A DNA stretch of 64,000 nt from Verrucomicrobiota bacterium. Its GTDB lineage: Bacteria; Verrucomicrobiota; Lentisphaeria; Lentisphaerales; Lentisphaeraceae. The notes below the pieces were generated by a model. The model did no database searches. It was not told where the DNA came from and was given only the letters and a program-made list of their open reading frames with translations. The translations under genes were made by a program, and so were the position numbers. This document shows, piece after piece, positions 8,231-22,746 of this stretch; the stretch's first letter is position 1, and each line of letters begins with the position of its first letter. Location: NCBI GenBank assembly GCA_039798785.1, contig JBDKFG010000020.1, positions 1 to 64,000 of the forward strand. Direction: 5' to 3'.

Positions 8231-9007
8231 ATGGACAGAGCCCTTTGGATTTCCGCCTCCGGCATGCAGGCCCAGACCCGCATGACCGAAAGCATCGCAC
8301 ACAACCTCGCCAACGTCAGCACCACCGGCTACAAGAAAGGCCAGGTCCACTTCCAGGATCTCTTCTACCAGACCCTGAAAACCCCGGGATCCACCAACAA
8401 CGGCGTCAACGGCACCGCCGGCATCGAAATGGGCAACGGTTCCCGCGTCGCCGCAGTCAACAAGAATTTCAGCCAGGGCAACTTGCGCCAGACCGGCGGC
8501 GAACTCAACCTGGCGATCAACGGCGACGGCTTCTTCCAGATCACCATGCCCAGCGGCGAAACCGCCTACACTCGCGACGGCAGCTTCTACCGCGATGCCA
8601 ACGGCAGTATCGTCACCGCCAACGGCTACCCCCTGGTCGGCGCCCCGACCATCCCGGCCAATGCCACCAAGGTCGACATCTCCCAGGACGGCACCGTCAG
8701 CGTCACCGCCAACAACATCACTAATCAGGCTGGCAGCATCCAGATCGTCCGCTTCCCCAATGCCGAGGGCCTCAGTCCGAAAGGCGACAACCTCTACACC
8801 CAGACTCCGGCCAGCGGCACCGCTACCACCAGCACTCCTGGTCAGAACGGCTCCGGCACCATCCGCCAGGGCTTCCTGGAAAACTCCAATGTCGAGATCA
8901 TGGACGAAATGGTCGACATGATCTCTTCGCAACGCGCCTTCGAAATCATCTCGAAATCGGTCAAGACTTCGGATGAGATGATGCACATCGTCAGCAACCT
9001 GAAGTGA
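8231..9007 (+). CDS. flgG: Flagellar distal rod protein FlgG
   Basis: NLANVSTTGYKK, FQDLFYQ, YTRDGSF, QGFLENSNV, QRAFE. Confidence 0.95.
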   Translation: MDRALWISASGMQAQTRMTESIAHNLANVSTTGYKKGQVHFQDLFYQTLKTPGSTNNGVNGTAGIEMGNGSRVAAVNKNFSQGNLRQTGGELNLAINGDGFFQITMPSGETAYTRDGSFYRDANGSIVTANGYPLVGAPTIPANATKVDISQDGTVSVTANNITNQAGSIQIVRFPNAEGLSPKGDNLYTQTPASGTATTSTPGQNGSGTIRQGFLENSNVEIMDEMVDMISSQRAFEIISKSVKTSDEMMHIVSNLK

Positions 9008-9015
9008 GGTTTCCC

Positions 9016-9942
9016 ATGCGCCGCCTGATCGCCCTGCTGATCCTGCTCCTTTGCCTCGGTGCCGAGGCGGCGCAGAAGCGCGTCCTGCGCCTGCGCGCCG
9101 AAAGCACCGTCAGCGCTCCCCAGGTCACGCTCAAGGATCTCGTCCTCGACGTGACTCCGCTCACTCAGGCTGAGCAGGATTTCGTCGTCATGGAATCGCC
9201 GGAAGTCAACAAGCAGGTCACCCTGGTCTGGGTCGCCTACCGCCTCCAGAACCTGGCCAGCCTGATGGATGTCAAGCTCGCAGGTCCCGGCCGCCTCACC
9301 ATCATACGCCAGGCCGACAACGCCTTCGTGGAAGAGGTCCGGGTCCTCGCTCTCGCCAAGATGGCCGGAATCGCTCCCTGGAAGGACAGCCAGTGCGATA
9401 TCGAGTTCGACGCCGCCGAAAGCCGCCGCATCGCGCTCCTCTCCGGCAATGGCAAGGCCAGCATCCTCGAAGCTGTCGAGGGCGCCACTCCCGACAGCGT
9501 CCGCCTCCGCCTCAGTTGTGACAAGATCGCGCCGATCTTGATCACCGGAAAGCTCAGCCGCCAGGTCACTGTTCTCACCTTCCGCAACGCCTTGCCGAAA
9601 GGAGCCGTCGTCGGCCCCGCAGACATCCTCGCCGTCTCGGTCCGCAGCGACGCCAGTCTGCGCAACCTGCCTAGCCGCCCCGAGGAGGTCATCGGCATGG
9701 AACTGACCCAGCCGGTCGCTGTGGGAGCCCGCGCCCGCTTCTCCGATCTGATGCAGCCCTTCTGCTGCAAGCGCGACGACATCGTCGACGCCCAGGTTGA
9801 TGTCGGAGGCATGGTCCTTTCTGTCAAGACCAAGGCGCTCGCCGCCGGGCGCAAAGGCGACCTGATCAAGGCTCTCAACCCTCGATCCAAGCAGGTGATC
9901 GACATCGAGCTCATCGGGCCTGGTCTGGCCCGGGTCCGCTGA
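9016..9942 (+). CDS. flgA: Flagellar P-ring assembly chaperone FlgA
   Basis: Signal peptide; SAF-like C-terminus 'ALAAGRKGDLIKALNPRSKQVI'; position between flgG and flgH. Confidence 0.85.
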   Translation: MRRLIALLILLLCLGAEAAQKRVLRLRAESTVSAPQVTLKDLVLDVTPLTQAEQDFVVMESPEVNKQVTLVWVAYRLQNLASLMDVKLAGPGRLTIIRQADNAFVEEVRVLALAKMAGIAPWKDSQCDIEFDAAESRRIALLSGNGKASILEAVEGATPDSVRLRLSCDKIAPILITGKLSRQVTVLTFRNALPKGAVVGPADILAVSVRSDASLRNLPSRPEEVIGMELTQPVAVGARARFSDLMQPFCCKRDDIVDAQVDVGGMVLSVKTKALAAGRKGDLIKALNPRSKQVIDIELIGPGLARVR

Positions 9943-9985
9943 ATCCAATACTTTGTCAATAAGCCCATCAACCCAGGAGATGCCC

Positions 9986-10603
9986 ATGATCCGCAACCTC
10001 TACATCAGCCTGGCGCTCGTTCTCGGCGCCGGAGCGGCGGAGCGGCAGAACACCGCCGATAATCCCGAGCTGCAGATGGCGGCAGGTATGTACTCCAGTG
10101 GCAAGGCGCTCGCCGTCGGCGACCTGGTCACCATCGTCATCTCCGAATCCACCGCCTCGACCAAGTCGGAAAGCCTCGGCACCGAGAAGACCGCCACCGC
10201 CAATCCCACCGACGTCTATCCTGGCGGCGGATCATGGAAGGGTGTGATCAACAAGCTGTCCACCGCCGACGGCCTGAAGGTCTCCAACACCTCGTCTTTC
10301 GAAGGCAAGGGCGACACCACTTCGGCTGAATCCCTTACCGCCAAGCTCACTGCGAGGGTCGTCGACCGCCATAGCAACGGCACGCTCGTCATCCGCGGCG
10401 AACGTCGGGTCGAGTCGCGCGGCGAAGGCACCCTCATCGTCGTCTCCGGAATCATCCGTCCGCGCGACATCGCCAGCGACAACAGCATCTCTTCCGACAA
10501 ACTCGCAGATGCCAACATCCATTTCGAGACCGATGGCACCACCAGCAACGGCTCGCAGCCCGGCTGGTTCTGGCGCTTCCTCCAGTGGATCAATCCCTTC
10601 TAA
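9986..10603 (+). CDS. flgH: Flagellar L-ring protein FlgH
   Basis: VGDLVTIVISE, NGTLVIRG, SGIIRPRDI, ISSDKLADA, GWF..F...INPF. Confidence 0.92.
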   Translation: MIRNLYISLALVLGAGAAERQNTADNPELQMAAGMYSSGKALAVGDLVTIVISESTASTKSESLGTEKTATANPTDVYPGGGSWKGVINKLSTADGLKVSNTSSFEGKGDTTSAESLTAKLTARVVDRHSNGTLVIRGERRVESRGEGTLIVVSGIIRPRDIASDNSISSDKLADANIHFETDGTTSNGSQPGWFWRFLQWINPF

Positions 10604-10615
10604 GGAGATGCGGAC

Positions 10616-11815
10616 ATGAAGACCTATCTATCCGCCGCCTGCCTCGGCCTTTCCCTCAGTCTCGCCGCCTTCCAGGCTCAGCCCGAAGCCTCGCCCGCTC
10701 CGAAGCCGCCCTTGAATCTCCCCCTGCCCCAGCTCAATCCGAGCGCCGCCAACGACGACAAGAGCGTCACCTTGATGATCAAGAACGCCAGCATCCTCAA
10801 GGGACACGAAGATCGCATCCTGGTCGGCTCGGGGATCGTCACCGGCCTCGCCGGGACCGGCGATTCGGATAAGAAGTTGACCCAGCACATGCTCGCCAAC
10901 GCCTTGAAAAGCATGCGCATCGACGTCCCCGAGTCTGAGCTGAAGGTCGGCAACTGCGCCGCCGTCAGCCTGGAGGTGAAGATCAACGGCAGCGGCGCCA
11001 GCGGCACACAGTACGACGTCGTCGTCTCCACCATGGGCGACGCCAAATCACTGAAAGGCGGCACGCTGCTTCTCTCGCCGCTGCTTGGTCCCGATCGCGA
11101 GATCTGGGGGGTCGCCGCCGGACGCGTCGTCACCAACGGCTTCACCTTCGGCGACACTGCCGACGGAGGGGACAAGACTACCAAGAACCACCCCAACGTC
11201 GGCATCGTCAGCAATGGCATGAAGCTGGTACGCGACGTCGGGGTCGACTTCAGCGAGGCGAAGGAGCTCTGCTTCCGTCTTCGGAATCCCGATTACGGCA
11301 ACGCCAGCCGCATGACCGAAGCGATCAACCAGATCTTCTTCGGCGCCGCCACAGCCAGCTCCGACGCTGAAATCCTCGTCCGGGTGCCGCCCTCGGTCCG
11401 TGCCGAGCGCAAGGTGGCGGACTACATCGGGCGCCTGCAGGAGATTCAGTTCCGGTCATCGCAGCCCCCCGCCCGCATCGTCTACAACGAGAGCAGCGGC
11501 AACATCGTCATCACCGGTGACGTCAAGATCTCGCCGATGGCGATCACCAAAGGCAATCTGGTGATCAACATCAAGAACACGCCGCAGGTGTCGCAGCCGG
11601 GGGCCTTGAGCGAGGGCACCACCCAGGTGGTCAACGACCAGACCACCACGGTCACCGAGGACAAAGCCCGTCTCGTCGACTTCGCCGCCATCACCAATCT
11701 CTCCGACCTCAGCGCCGCCTTGAACAAGCTGGGCGTCAGTCCCAGTGACATGATCTCGATCTTCCAGACCTTGCGCCAGAGCGGCGCCTTGCACGCCGAA
11801 TTGATTTCTCAGTGA
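10616..11815 (+). CDS. flgI: Flagellar P-ring protein FlgI
   Basis: GIVTGLAGTGD, GDAKSLKGGTLL, LNKLGVSP, GALHAEL. Confidence 0.95.
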   Translation: MKTYLSAACLGLSLSLAAFQAQPEASPAPKPPLNLPLPQLNPSAANDDKSVTLMIKNASILKGHEDRILVGSGIVTGLAGTGDSDKKLTQHMLANALKSMRIDVPESELKVGNCAAVSLEVKINGSGASGTQYDVVVSTMGDAKSLKGGTLLLSPLLGPDREIWGVAAGRVVTNGFTFGDTADGGDKTTKNHPNVGIVSNGMKLVRDVGVDFSEAKELCFRLRNPDYGNASRMTEAINQIFFGAATASSDAEILVRVPPSVRAERKVADYIGRLQEIQFRSSQPPARIVYNESSGNIVITGDVKISPMAITKGNLVINIKNTPQVSQPGALSEGTTQVVNDQTTTVTEDKARLVDFAAITNLSDLSAALNKLGVSPSDMISIFQTLRQSGALHAELISQ

Positions 11816-12075
11816 GCCAGTTCCGGGTAAAATCCGCAGGTTGCAGCCAGGGCTGCAATTGCAATCTGTAATGGCAAAAAAGCAAGGGCTTGGCAAGCTC
11901 AAGCTCCGGGCGCATTTCTGAGTTTGGTCGAGACTGGCTTTGCTTTTGAGTCTTTCAGCTAAGGATTTATGTTTTTTAGCTTGATTCGCGGCGCCGCACA
12001 TCTGGATTTGGCGGGGCCTGCCGATTCCCTCTGCTGTGCTAGATTTCCGGCAATCCCCAAAATCCGGAAGTCTCC

Positions 12076-15912
<3,837 letters not shown>

Positions 15913-16047
15913 TGAGCTTTGCGTACTGGGGAATCGCTCGAGTTTTTGTTGGGATTTTAGGTTGGATTAGGTTTTACATAGTAACGATGTTGCTTCGATA
16001 GGAATTTGGAATAAGCTTCACCTGCAGAATTCTTGCAGGGGGATCTC

Positions 16048-18678
16048 ATGTCGAAAGAAAATCTAGCTGGGAACTCTCAGGATTCCGAACTTCGTCGCTT
16101 GCAGTTGGCCCTTGATGAACACGCCTTGGTGTCGATTGCCGATCCGCAGGGGCGAATCATTTTCGCCAACGATAAATTCTGCGAGGTGTCGAAATACAGC
16201 CGGGAGGAGCTGCTCGGGGCGGATCACCGCATCATCAATTCCGGCTGTCACCCCCGTGAATTCTTCGCCCAGCTCTGGTTGACCATTTGTTCGGGAAAAA
16301 TCTGGAAAGGTGAGATTTGCAATCGTGCTAAAGACGGGTCCCTGTATTGGGTCAGCAGTACTATCGTACCCTTTCTGAATGCAGAGGGGCGGCCGTATCA
16401 ATACGTTGCCATACGCACGGACATCACGGAGCGGAAGCGGACCGAGGAAAATCTTCAGCATTCGCTGCGTTCGATCCGGAATCTTGAGATGGCCTTGGAT
16501 GAACATGCCTTGGTGTCGATCACCGACCCCCAAGGAAAGATCATCTTCGCCAATGACAAGTTTTGCGCGGTGTCGAAATACAGCCGGGAGGAGCTGCTGG
16601 GGGCTGATCACCGGATCGTCAATTCCCGTCATCACCCCCGCGAATTCTTCAATCAACTATGGATCACCATCAGCGCAGGAAAAACCTGGAAGGGAGAGAT
16701 CTGCAATCGAGCCAAGGATTCTTCACTTTACTGGGTCAACAGCACCATCGTCCCTTTTCTCGATGCCGAGGGACGGCCTTACCAATATGTCGCCATCCGT
16801 ACCGATATCACAGAGCGGAAGTCGATCGAACAAAAGCTGGAGCTGGCTTTGGCCACCAAGAGCGATTTCCTGGCAACCATGAGCCATGAAATCCGTACCC
16901 CGATGAATGGCGTCATCGGCATGGCCGGCATCTTGGTCAAGACCAATCTCGATCCTGAGCAGCGGGAATGTGCCGAAACCATTCGCTCCTGTGGCGAAAG
17001 CCTTTTGACCTTGATCAATGACATTCTCGATTTTTCCAAGATCGAGGCTGGCAAGCTCGAGCTTGAACATGTGCAGTTCTCACTTCCTCGGGTTCTTGAC
17101 GAAATCCTGGCTTTGTTTTCGGATATTGCCGAGAAAAAGGGACTCGCACTGAGTTATTCCTGTTCGCAAAATTTGCCGGGACAGCTGCTTGGTGACCCTG
17201 CGCGAGTTCGCCAGATCCTGATCAATCTGATTGGCAACGCCTTGAAATTCACTGAGAAAGGAGGGGTGGAAGTCCGTGTCGGGGTGGAGCGAATCCTGGG
17301 AGGCAGGGTCTACTTCGAGATTTCCGTCATCGACAGTGGATTGGGGATGAGTCGCGATCAAGTCGACCGAATCGGCCAGGCTTTTGTGCAAGCGGACTCA
17401 TCGACCACCCGTCGTTTCGGGGGTACGGGTCTAGGCTTATCGATCACGAAGCACCTCATCGCTGCCATGGGAGGGGAGATGTTGATCAGTTCCAAACCTG
17501 GTGCGGGTTCGACTTTCAGAATCAAGCTGGCTCTTGACGTCGGATCTGAAACCGTCGACATCTATCAGAAGCTGCTTGGGAAATGCCTCTATGCGGCTAT
17601 CGCGGCAGCGTCCCTGAGGTCGCAATTCGAGCAGCTGGCGCAGCGCTGGAATCTTCGCTTCCGCTGTTTCCCCGATGCCATGTCATTGATGCAGGCTATT
17701 CGTTTCCAAGATGATCCGGCGGACATGATAGTGATTGATCAGCATCTGCCCGGCATTGACGGTCCGATGTTGTGCTCTTTGATACAGAGGGATCCTGTCT
17801 TGAGCCGGCTTCCCCTCATTTATTGTTGTGATGATGGGCTTGCTTCACCTGAGATCAATGCCGCCCTAACCTTGCGGCGCGGACTTTTACGGCCTGGGAT
17901 GCTGATCGACGGACTGAGCCGGATCTTCCAGATGACCTCGCTCACTGAAGAAGCCAATAGGACGACTAGCGCCAATACTGTTCTGCAGCGCATTCTGGTG
18001 GCAGAGGACAATATCGTCAACCAGCGGGTTATCTCTCGCTACGTCGAGAGCTTTGCCGAAAAGATCGATATCGCCTCGAACGGCAAGGAGGCGGTTGAGT
18101 TGTTTCTGCGATTCCGCTACGATTGCATATTCATGGATTGCCAGATGCCGGAAATGGATGGTTTTGAGGCGACTCGCAGGATTCGGCAGCTCGAAGAAAG
18201 GCATCACAAGCCGGTGCCGATCGTCGCCTTGACCGCCAACGCCTTGAGTGGCGATCGCGAACGCTGCCTGGCCGCGGGAATGAGCGAATACATGACCAAG
18301 CCGTTGCGTTTTGATGACCTGAAATCATTCATGTCGAGAACTTTCCCGCTAGGTAGTTCGCAGCAGGAGGAGAAGCTGGAGGACTTCTTCGGCTCGGAGG
18401 GTATGAAGGCGCTCTGTCAATTGGGCGTGGAGAGTTTCGAGATGGAGTCGGCCAAGGCGAGAAAGGCTTTTCAGGAGAAGGATTTCCCGATGCTGGGCAA
18501 GTCTGTTCACATCGTCAAGTCAGTCTCCGCTTCCTTGGGGCAGATGCGTTTGAGCTCCCTTTCCGCCTCCTTGGATGCTGCTGTCCGGCAGGGCGATTTT
18601 TCCAAGGTTGAAGATCTTTATCCTGTGTGGCTCTTGCAGTTGGGGGAGGCGGTCGAGAGAATGAAGACGTCCTATTGA
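16048..18678 (+). CDS. Hybrid sensor kinase: 2x PAS, HisKA, HATPase, receiver(s), Hpt
   Basis: Two NifL/Aer-like PAS repeats, SHEIRTPMN, GGTGLGL, FMDCQMP, C-terminal 'VHIVKSVSASLG' Hpt. Confidence 0.93.
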   Translation: MSKENLAGNSQDSELRRLQLALDEHALVSIADPQGRIIFANDKFCEVSKYSREELLGADHRIINSGCHPREFFAQLWLTICSGKIWKGEICNRAKDGSLYWVSSTIVPFLNAEGRPYQYVAIRTDITERKRTEENLQHSLRSIRNLEMALDEHALVSITDPQGKIIFANDKFCAVSKYSREELLGADHRIVNSRHHPREFFNQLWITISAGKTWKGEICNRAKDSSLYWVNSTIVPFLDAEGRPYQYVAIRTDITERKSIEQKLELALATKSDFLATMSHEIRTPMNGVIGMAGILVKTNLDPEQRECAETIRSCGESLLTLINDILDFSKIEAGKLELEHVQFSLPRVLDEILALFSDIAEKKGLALSYSCSQNLPGQLLGDPARVRQILINLIGNALKFTEKGGVEVRVGVERILGGRVYFEISVIDSGLGMSRDQVDRIGQAFVQADSSTTRRFGGTGLGLSITKHLIAAMGGEMLISSKPGAGSTFRIKLALDVGSETVDIYQKLLGKCLYAAIAAASLRSQFEQLAQRWNLRFRCFPDAMSLMQAIRFQDDPADMIVIDQHLPGIDGPMLCSLIQRDPVLSRLPLIYCCDDGLASPEINAALTLRRGLLRPGMLIDGLSRIFQMTSLTEEANRTTSANTVLQRILVAEDNIVNQRVISRYVESFAEKIDIASNGKEAVELFLRFRYDCIFMDCQMPEMDGFEATRRIRQLEERHHKPVPIVALTANALSGDRERCLAAGMSEYMTKPLRFDDLKSFMSRTFPLGSSQQEEKLEDFFGSEGMKALCQLGVESFEMESAKARKAFQEKDFPMLGKSVHIVKSVSASLGQMRLSSLSASLDAAVRQGDFSKVEDLYPVWLLQLGEAVERMKTSY

Positions 18679-18769
18679 CGAAGAGTTTAGTTTAATCAAG
18701 GAATAAGCTGGGCCCGACTGCGGTGTCAGCTTGTTTGAATACTGGGAAACTGCTGCTGGCACCTTTTTT

Positions 18770-18785
18770 TGGCATGTGAGTTGCT
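18770..18785 (+). promoter_or_regulatory. Sigma54 -24/-12 promoter of the MCP-che operon
   Basis: TGGCATGTGAGTTGCT, near-consensus TGGCA-N6-TTGCW. Confidence 0.8.
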
Positions 18786-18901
18786 TGATCACAATCTTAC
18801 ACTGCATTGTGAGCGGAAAAGTCTTGTCGGATGGCGGGAAAAGCGACACGGTGCCAGCTCTCGGCGAATTCACAAGCAACTTTTTAAAAGAGGGATCCAA
18901 T

Positions 18902-20800
18902 ATGAAGCTTAGCACAAAGCTTTTTCTGGGATTTGGAAGTCTGACCTTGATCATTGCGACGATTGGGGTCCTGGCGGATCATAATGCTACTCAGATCAAG
19001 ACTAAGTTCATACAGACTTCCGCCAATTCCAGGAGCAATTTTGATGATTTGCAGAAATGCCATCTGAAATCTGTGTCGCATCTTTTGAAAGCGAATGAGA
19101 TCAAGACCTGGTTACGATATATAGAGAATTCGACGATGGTGCATGAGAACGGCATCAACCCGAAAAAGCTGAAAGCCAATCTTGCCGAGGACAAGGAAAA
19201 GGTCAAGCTTCTTCTAGCGGAGCTCAAAGCTTACTCTTTGCTGATTCCAGAGGGCGAAGAAAAGAGTCGATTGAAGGCACTGGTCGGCAATCCCAAGACT
19301 GTAAAACTGAGTATCATCCTAGAGCCCGCGAAAAAAGCCGAAGATGGCACTGAAGTCAAGGCGATTACCATCGAGCGAGAGGCTTTCAGTTATGATGGAT
19401 TGGAAAAGCCTGAGGATCTCGGCATTTTGGGGCGTTGGCTGCAAATCCACCAAGGAGTGATGACCTCATTCGAAAGCTATTATCTTTCCTTGCAGGCAGG
19501 CAAAGCTGATGAAGGAAAGCGGGCGGAAATCTGGGAAAAAGTCCAAGGGAATCCGGATAGGAAAAAGCTTTTTGAGAAATTGGACAAAAGCTTGAACGAA
19601 ATGGAGGCGGCGGTGGAGAAATCTGCTGATGACATGGTGCAGGTTTCACTGGGGCAACTTCAGAAAGATGAAGACCAAGCTCAGAAACTGCAATCCGATC
19701 AGAGAATGCACCTGCTGGCCCTGGTCGGTGCTGGATTGCTCGCGGCTTTGGGAATCGGCTATCAAATCAGCCGCAGTCTCAACCGTCAGGTGCAAGCGAC
19801 GGGAGAGGGATTGCGCAGAATAGCCGATGGTGACCTTGAGGTTGAAGTTCAAGTCCATACTTCCGATGAAGTGGGCGCGATGGCCAAGGTGATGAATGAA
19901 ATGACCGGTTCCCTTCGAAACACGGTGAGCGAGATCAAAGTCACTGCCGACACGACATCGGCCAGCTCCGAGGAGCTGGCAGCGAGCGCCCAAAGCATTT
20001 CCAACGGGGCTCAGAACCAGGCGAATACGCTTGGGGAAATCAGTCGTTCGGTCGTGCATCTTGACGTTTCTGTGAGGGAGTCTGCACGCAGTGCTATGGA
20101 AGCCAGTCGTCTGGCGACGGCAGCGAATATAGCTGCAGGCAAAGGCCAGAGCACTGTCGAGGATTCTTTGAAAGCGATGCAATTGATTGCCGAAAGCTCG
20201 CAACAGATGAGCAAGATCATCAACGCCATCAGCCAGATTGCCAATCAGACCAATCTGCTTGCTCTCAACGCAGCGATTGAAGCCGCTTCCGCCGGCGAGC
20301 ACGGTCTGGGCTTTGCCGTCGTCGCCGACGAAGTCCGAAAATTGGCCGAGCGCAGCAGTCAGGCCGCCAGTGAGATCACTGAATTGATCGAGATGAGCAC
20401 CAGACGCGTCAATGAGGGGCGTGTCCACTCGGAAGCGGTGAGGAAAGTCCTTGAGGAAATCGCCGTCGGAGTGAAGCGTACGAATGAGGAGATGATGAAG
20501 ATTTCCGCTGCCGCCACCAGCCAGGAGGAGGTCACGGCATCGCTCAGCGTCTCAATCAAGAAGGCGGGGGCTGTGACGGAGGAGAACTCCTCTGCTGCCG
20601 AAGAAATGGCGGCATCTGCCGAAGAGCTGGCGGCGCAGGCGCAGCGCTTGCAGACCATCGTCAACCGTTTCAAGCTTGCTCGCTTCAGCGATTTCCACCT
20701 CGATCTGCCGCAGATTCCACGAATGACCGTAAATGACCAGAGCCACAAGCCGGTTCCGGGAGCATCGGGGCCGAGATCAAAGGCTCTCTACACTGAGTAA
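18902..20800 (+). CDS. Methyl-accepting chemotaxis protein
   Basis: Two TM segments, HAMP, hairpin [38 protein letters not shown]. Start reassigned to MKLSTKL. Confidence 0.95.
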   Translation: MKLSTKLFLGFGSLTLIIATIGVLADHNATQIKTKFIQTSANSRSNFDDLQKCHLKSVSHLLKANEIKTWLRYIENSTMVHENGINPKKLKANLAEDKEKVKLLLAELKAYSLLIPEGEEKSRLKALVGNPKTVKLSIILEPAKKAEDGTEVKAITIEREAFSYDGLEKPEDLGILGRWLQIHQGVMTSFESYYLSLQAGKADEGKRAEIWEKVQGNPDRKKLFEKLDKSLNEMEAAVEKSADDMVQVSLGQLQKDEDQAQKLQSDQRMHLLALVGAGLLAALGIGYQISRSLNRQVQATGEGLRRIADGDLEVEVQVHTSDEVGAMAKVMNEMTGSLRNTVSEIKVTADTTSASSEELAASAQSISNGAQNQANTLGEISRSVVHLDVSVRESARSAMEASRLATAANIAAGKGQSTVEDSLKAMQLIAESSQQMSKIINAISQIANQTNLLALNAAIEAASAGEHGLGFAVVADEVRKLAERSSQAASEITELIEMSTRRVNEGRVHSEAVRKVLEEIAVGVKRTNEEMMKISAAATSQEEVTASLSVSIKKAGAVTEENSSAAEEMAASAEELAAQAQRLQTIVNRFKLARFSDFHLDLPQIPRMTVNDQSHKPVPGASGPRSKALYTE

Positions 20801-20817
20801 CGCCATCGAGGTCGATC

Positions 20818-21312
20818 ATGAGCGCCGAAGACAAATGCAAAGTTCAGAGCCACCTGCAGGTTGTCACCTTCCATCTTGGTGACGAGGATTTTGCAGTCGA
20901 GATCACGAAGGTCAAGGAGATCATCTTGTTGGAGGGGATTACCAAGGTTCCGCAAGTTCCTTCCTACATCGAGGGGGTGATCAATCTCCGGGGCGTCATT
21001 GTTCCGGTTGTGGATCTTCGCAAACGTCTAGGGATGGCCGGCCGCAGTGACGGGCCTGAAACCCGCATCATGATTTCGCGGCTGGAAGACCGGAGCATTG
21101 GCATGATCGTAGACTCGGTCAGCAAGGTGATGAAGATACCTCGAGTCGATATCATGCCGCAGCCGGATTCGCCCTCCTCACTCGCCAAGGATTATCTGGT
21201 CGGGCTCGCCAAGGTGGGCAAGGGGATGCTCTTGATCATTGATTTGGAAAAAATTCTGTCGTCATCTGGGAAAGTTGCTCTTCAGCAGGGGGCTTGTGAG
21301 GACATGCCTTGA
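20818..21312 (+). CDS. cheW: Chemotaxis protein CheW (copy 1)
   Basis: GVINLRG..VPVVDLR, GMIVDSV. Confidence 0.95.
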   Translation: MSAEDKCKVQSHLQVVTFHLGDEDFAVEITKVKEIILLEGITKVPQVPSYIEGVINLRGVIVPVVDLRKRLGMAGRSDGPETRIMISRLEDRSIGMIVDSVSKVMKIPRVDIMPQPDSPSSLAKDYLVGLAKVGKGMLLIIDLEKILSSSGKVALQQGACEDMP

Positions 21313-21387
21313 CTTTTGCCGCCGGCGCTTCGCAGTGATAGCGAATGCGCGTGGCGGATTCCGCAACAGTCCAAATCAGGAAGATCT

Positions 21388-21870
21388 ATGAATACTAAAG
21401 CGTCATCGAAGGCTCAAAACTGGCTGCAGGTCGTCACCTTCGGTCTTGGAGATGAAAACTTTGCGGTCGAGATCACCAAGATCAAGGAAATCATCATGCT
21501 GGAGTCCGTCACCAAGATCCCGCAGGTTCCATCTTACATTGAGGGCGTGATCAATCTGCGCGGGCTTGTCGTTCCGGTGATCGATCTGAGAAAGCGCTTT
21601 GGGCTGGCTAGCCACAGCATTGGGCCGGATGCCCGCATCATGATTTCGCGGCTTGAGGATCGTTGTGTCGGCATGATTGTCGACTCCGTCAGCAAAGTGC
21701 TGAAGATCCCGAAGACGGACATTTTGGAGCAAGCGGAATCCATCACCTCGATGGCCAAGGATTATTTGCTCGGCATGGCGAAGGGCGAGAAGGGGATTTT
21801 GCTGATCGTCGATCTCGAGAAGGTCTTGACGGCGCCGGAAAAAGCTGATTTGGCGCAAACCCGTTTTTAA
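21388..21870 (+). CDS. cheW: Chemotaxis protein CheW (copy 2)
   Basis: Near-duplicate of copy 1; start reassigned to MNTKASS. Confidence 0.93.
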   Translation: MNTKASSKAQNWLQVVTFGLGDENFAVEITKIKEIIMLESVTKIPQVPSYIEGVINLRGLVVPVIDLRKRFGLASHSIGPDARIMISRLEDRCVGMIVDSVSKVLKIPKTDILEQAESITSMAKDYLLGMAKGEKGILLIVDLEKVLTAPEKADLAQTRF

Positions 21871-21882
21871 GCGAAAACAGCT

Positions 21883-22746
21883 ATGTCTACCAGCACCGAG
21901 CCAGTTTTGACGATGACGGACCTCCGGCGTGTCCAGGAGATCATCTATCGCCACTGCGGCATTCGACTTCCCGACAGCAAGCAGGAGATGGTGCAGGGGC
22001 GGCTGCGCCGCCGTCTGCAAGCTTGCGGCGTCGCCTCTTACTCCTCCTATCTGGACTGGATCGGCAAACCTGCAGGGAAGGCTGAGTTCACCCATTTCAT
22101 AGATTCGCTCACGACCAACGAGACTTATTTCTTCCGTCACAAGGAACACTGGGATCACCTCCTGGGCAAGGTCCTGCCGGAATGGCTCAGCCGAGTGGGA
22201 AGCGGCCCTGTGCAGCGTTTTCGCGCCTGGAGCGCAGCGTGCTCGAGCGGTGAAGAGACCTATAGTCTTGCGATCGGGATATCCAGCGTCCTGGCGGAGG
22301 CTGGAAGACCTGAGCAATACCAGGTCTTGGCCACCGACATCAGCACCCGCGTGCTGGAGGCTGCGGCAAGCGCCAGTTACCGAGAATACTCCTTGCAGAA
22401 AGTGACAGCCGGATGTCGCGAGGACTACTTCCATAAAAACGGCGACCAATGGACGGTCCGTCCCGAGATTCGCCGCCACATCGAATTCTTGCACCACAAC
22501 TTGATGCAGGCGCCGAGTTTTCCGCCGGTGGATGTGGTGATGCTGCGCAACGTCATGATTTATTTCGACGACGCCAGCAAGAAGGTGGTGATGGATCATG
22601 TCACCCACAAGCTGAAGCCGGGGGGCTTTCTCTATCTGGGCGGATCCGAGGTCCTTCCCTGTTGCCACGAGTCCTACACCATGGTCTGTCCTACCATCTA
22701 CCGCAAAGAATGCTCCTCAGCTAAAACATCGAGGCTCACACCATGA
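21883..22746 (+). CDS. cheR: Chemotaxis methyltransferase CheR
   Basis: TTNETYFFR, WSAACSSGEE.YS, ATDIS, RNVMIYFD, LKPGG. Confidence 0.95.
   Translation: MSTSTEPVLTMTDLRRVQEIIYRHCGIRLPDSKQEMVQGRLRRRLQACGVASYSSYLDWIGKPAGKAEFTHFIDSLTTNETYFFRHKEHWDHLLGKVLPEWLSRVGSGPVQRFRAWSAACSSGEETYSLAIGISSVLAEAGRPEQYQVLATDISTRVLEAAASASYREYSLQKVTAGCREDYFHKNGDQWTVRPEIRRHIEFLHHNLMQAPSFPPVDVVMLRNVMIYFDDASKKVVMDHVTHKLKPGGFLYLGGSEVLPCCHESYTMVCPTIYRKECSSAKTSRLTP

Noticed and set aside
18731..18901. Upstream TTG start for the MCP
   Set aside because: It would overlap the sigma54 promoter; ATG 18902 has an RBS and a typical MCP N-terminus.
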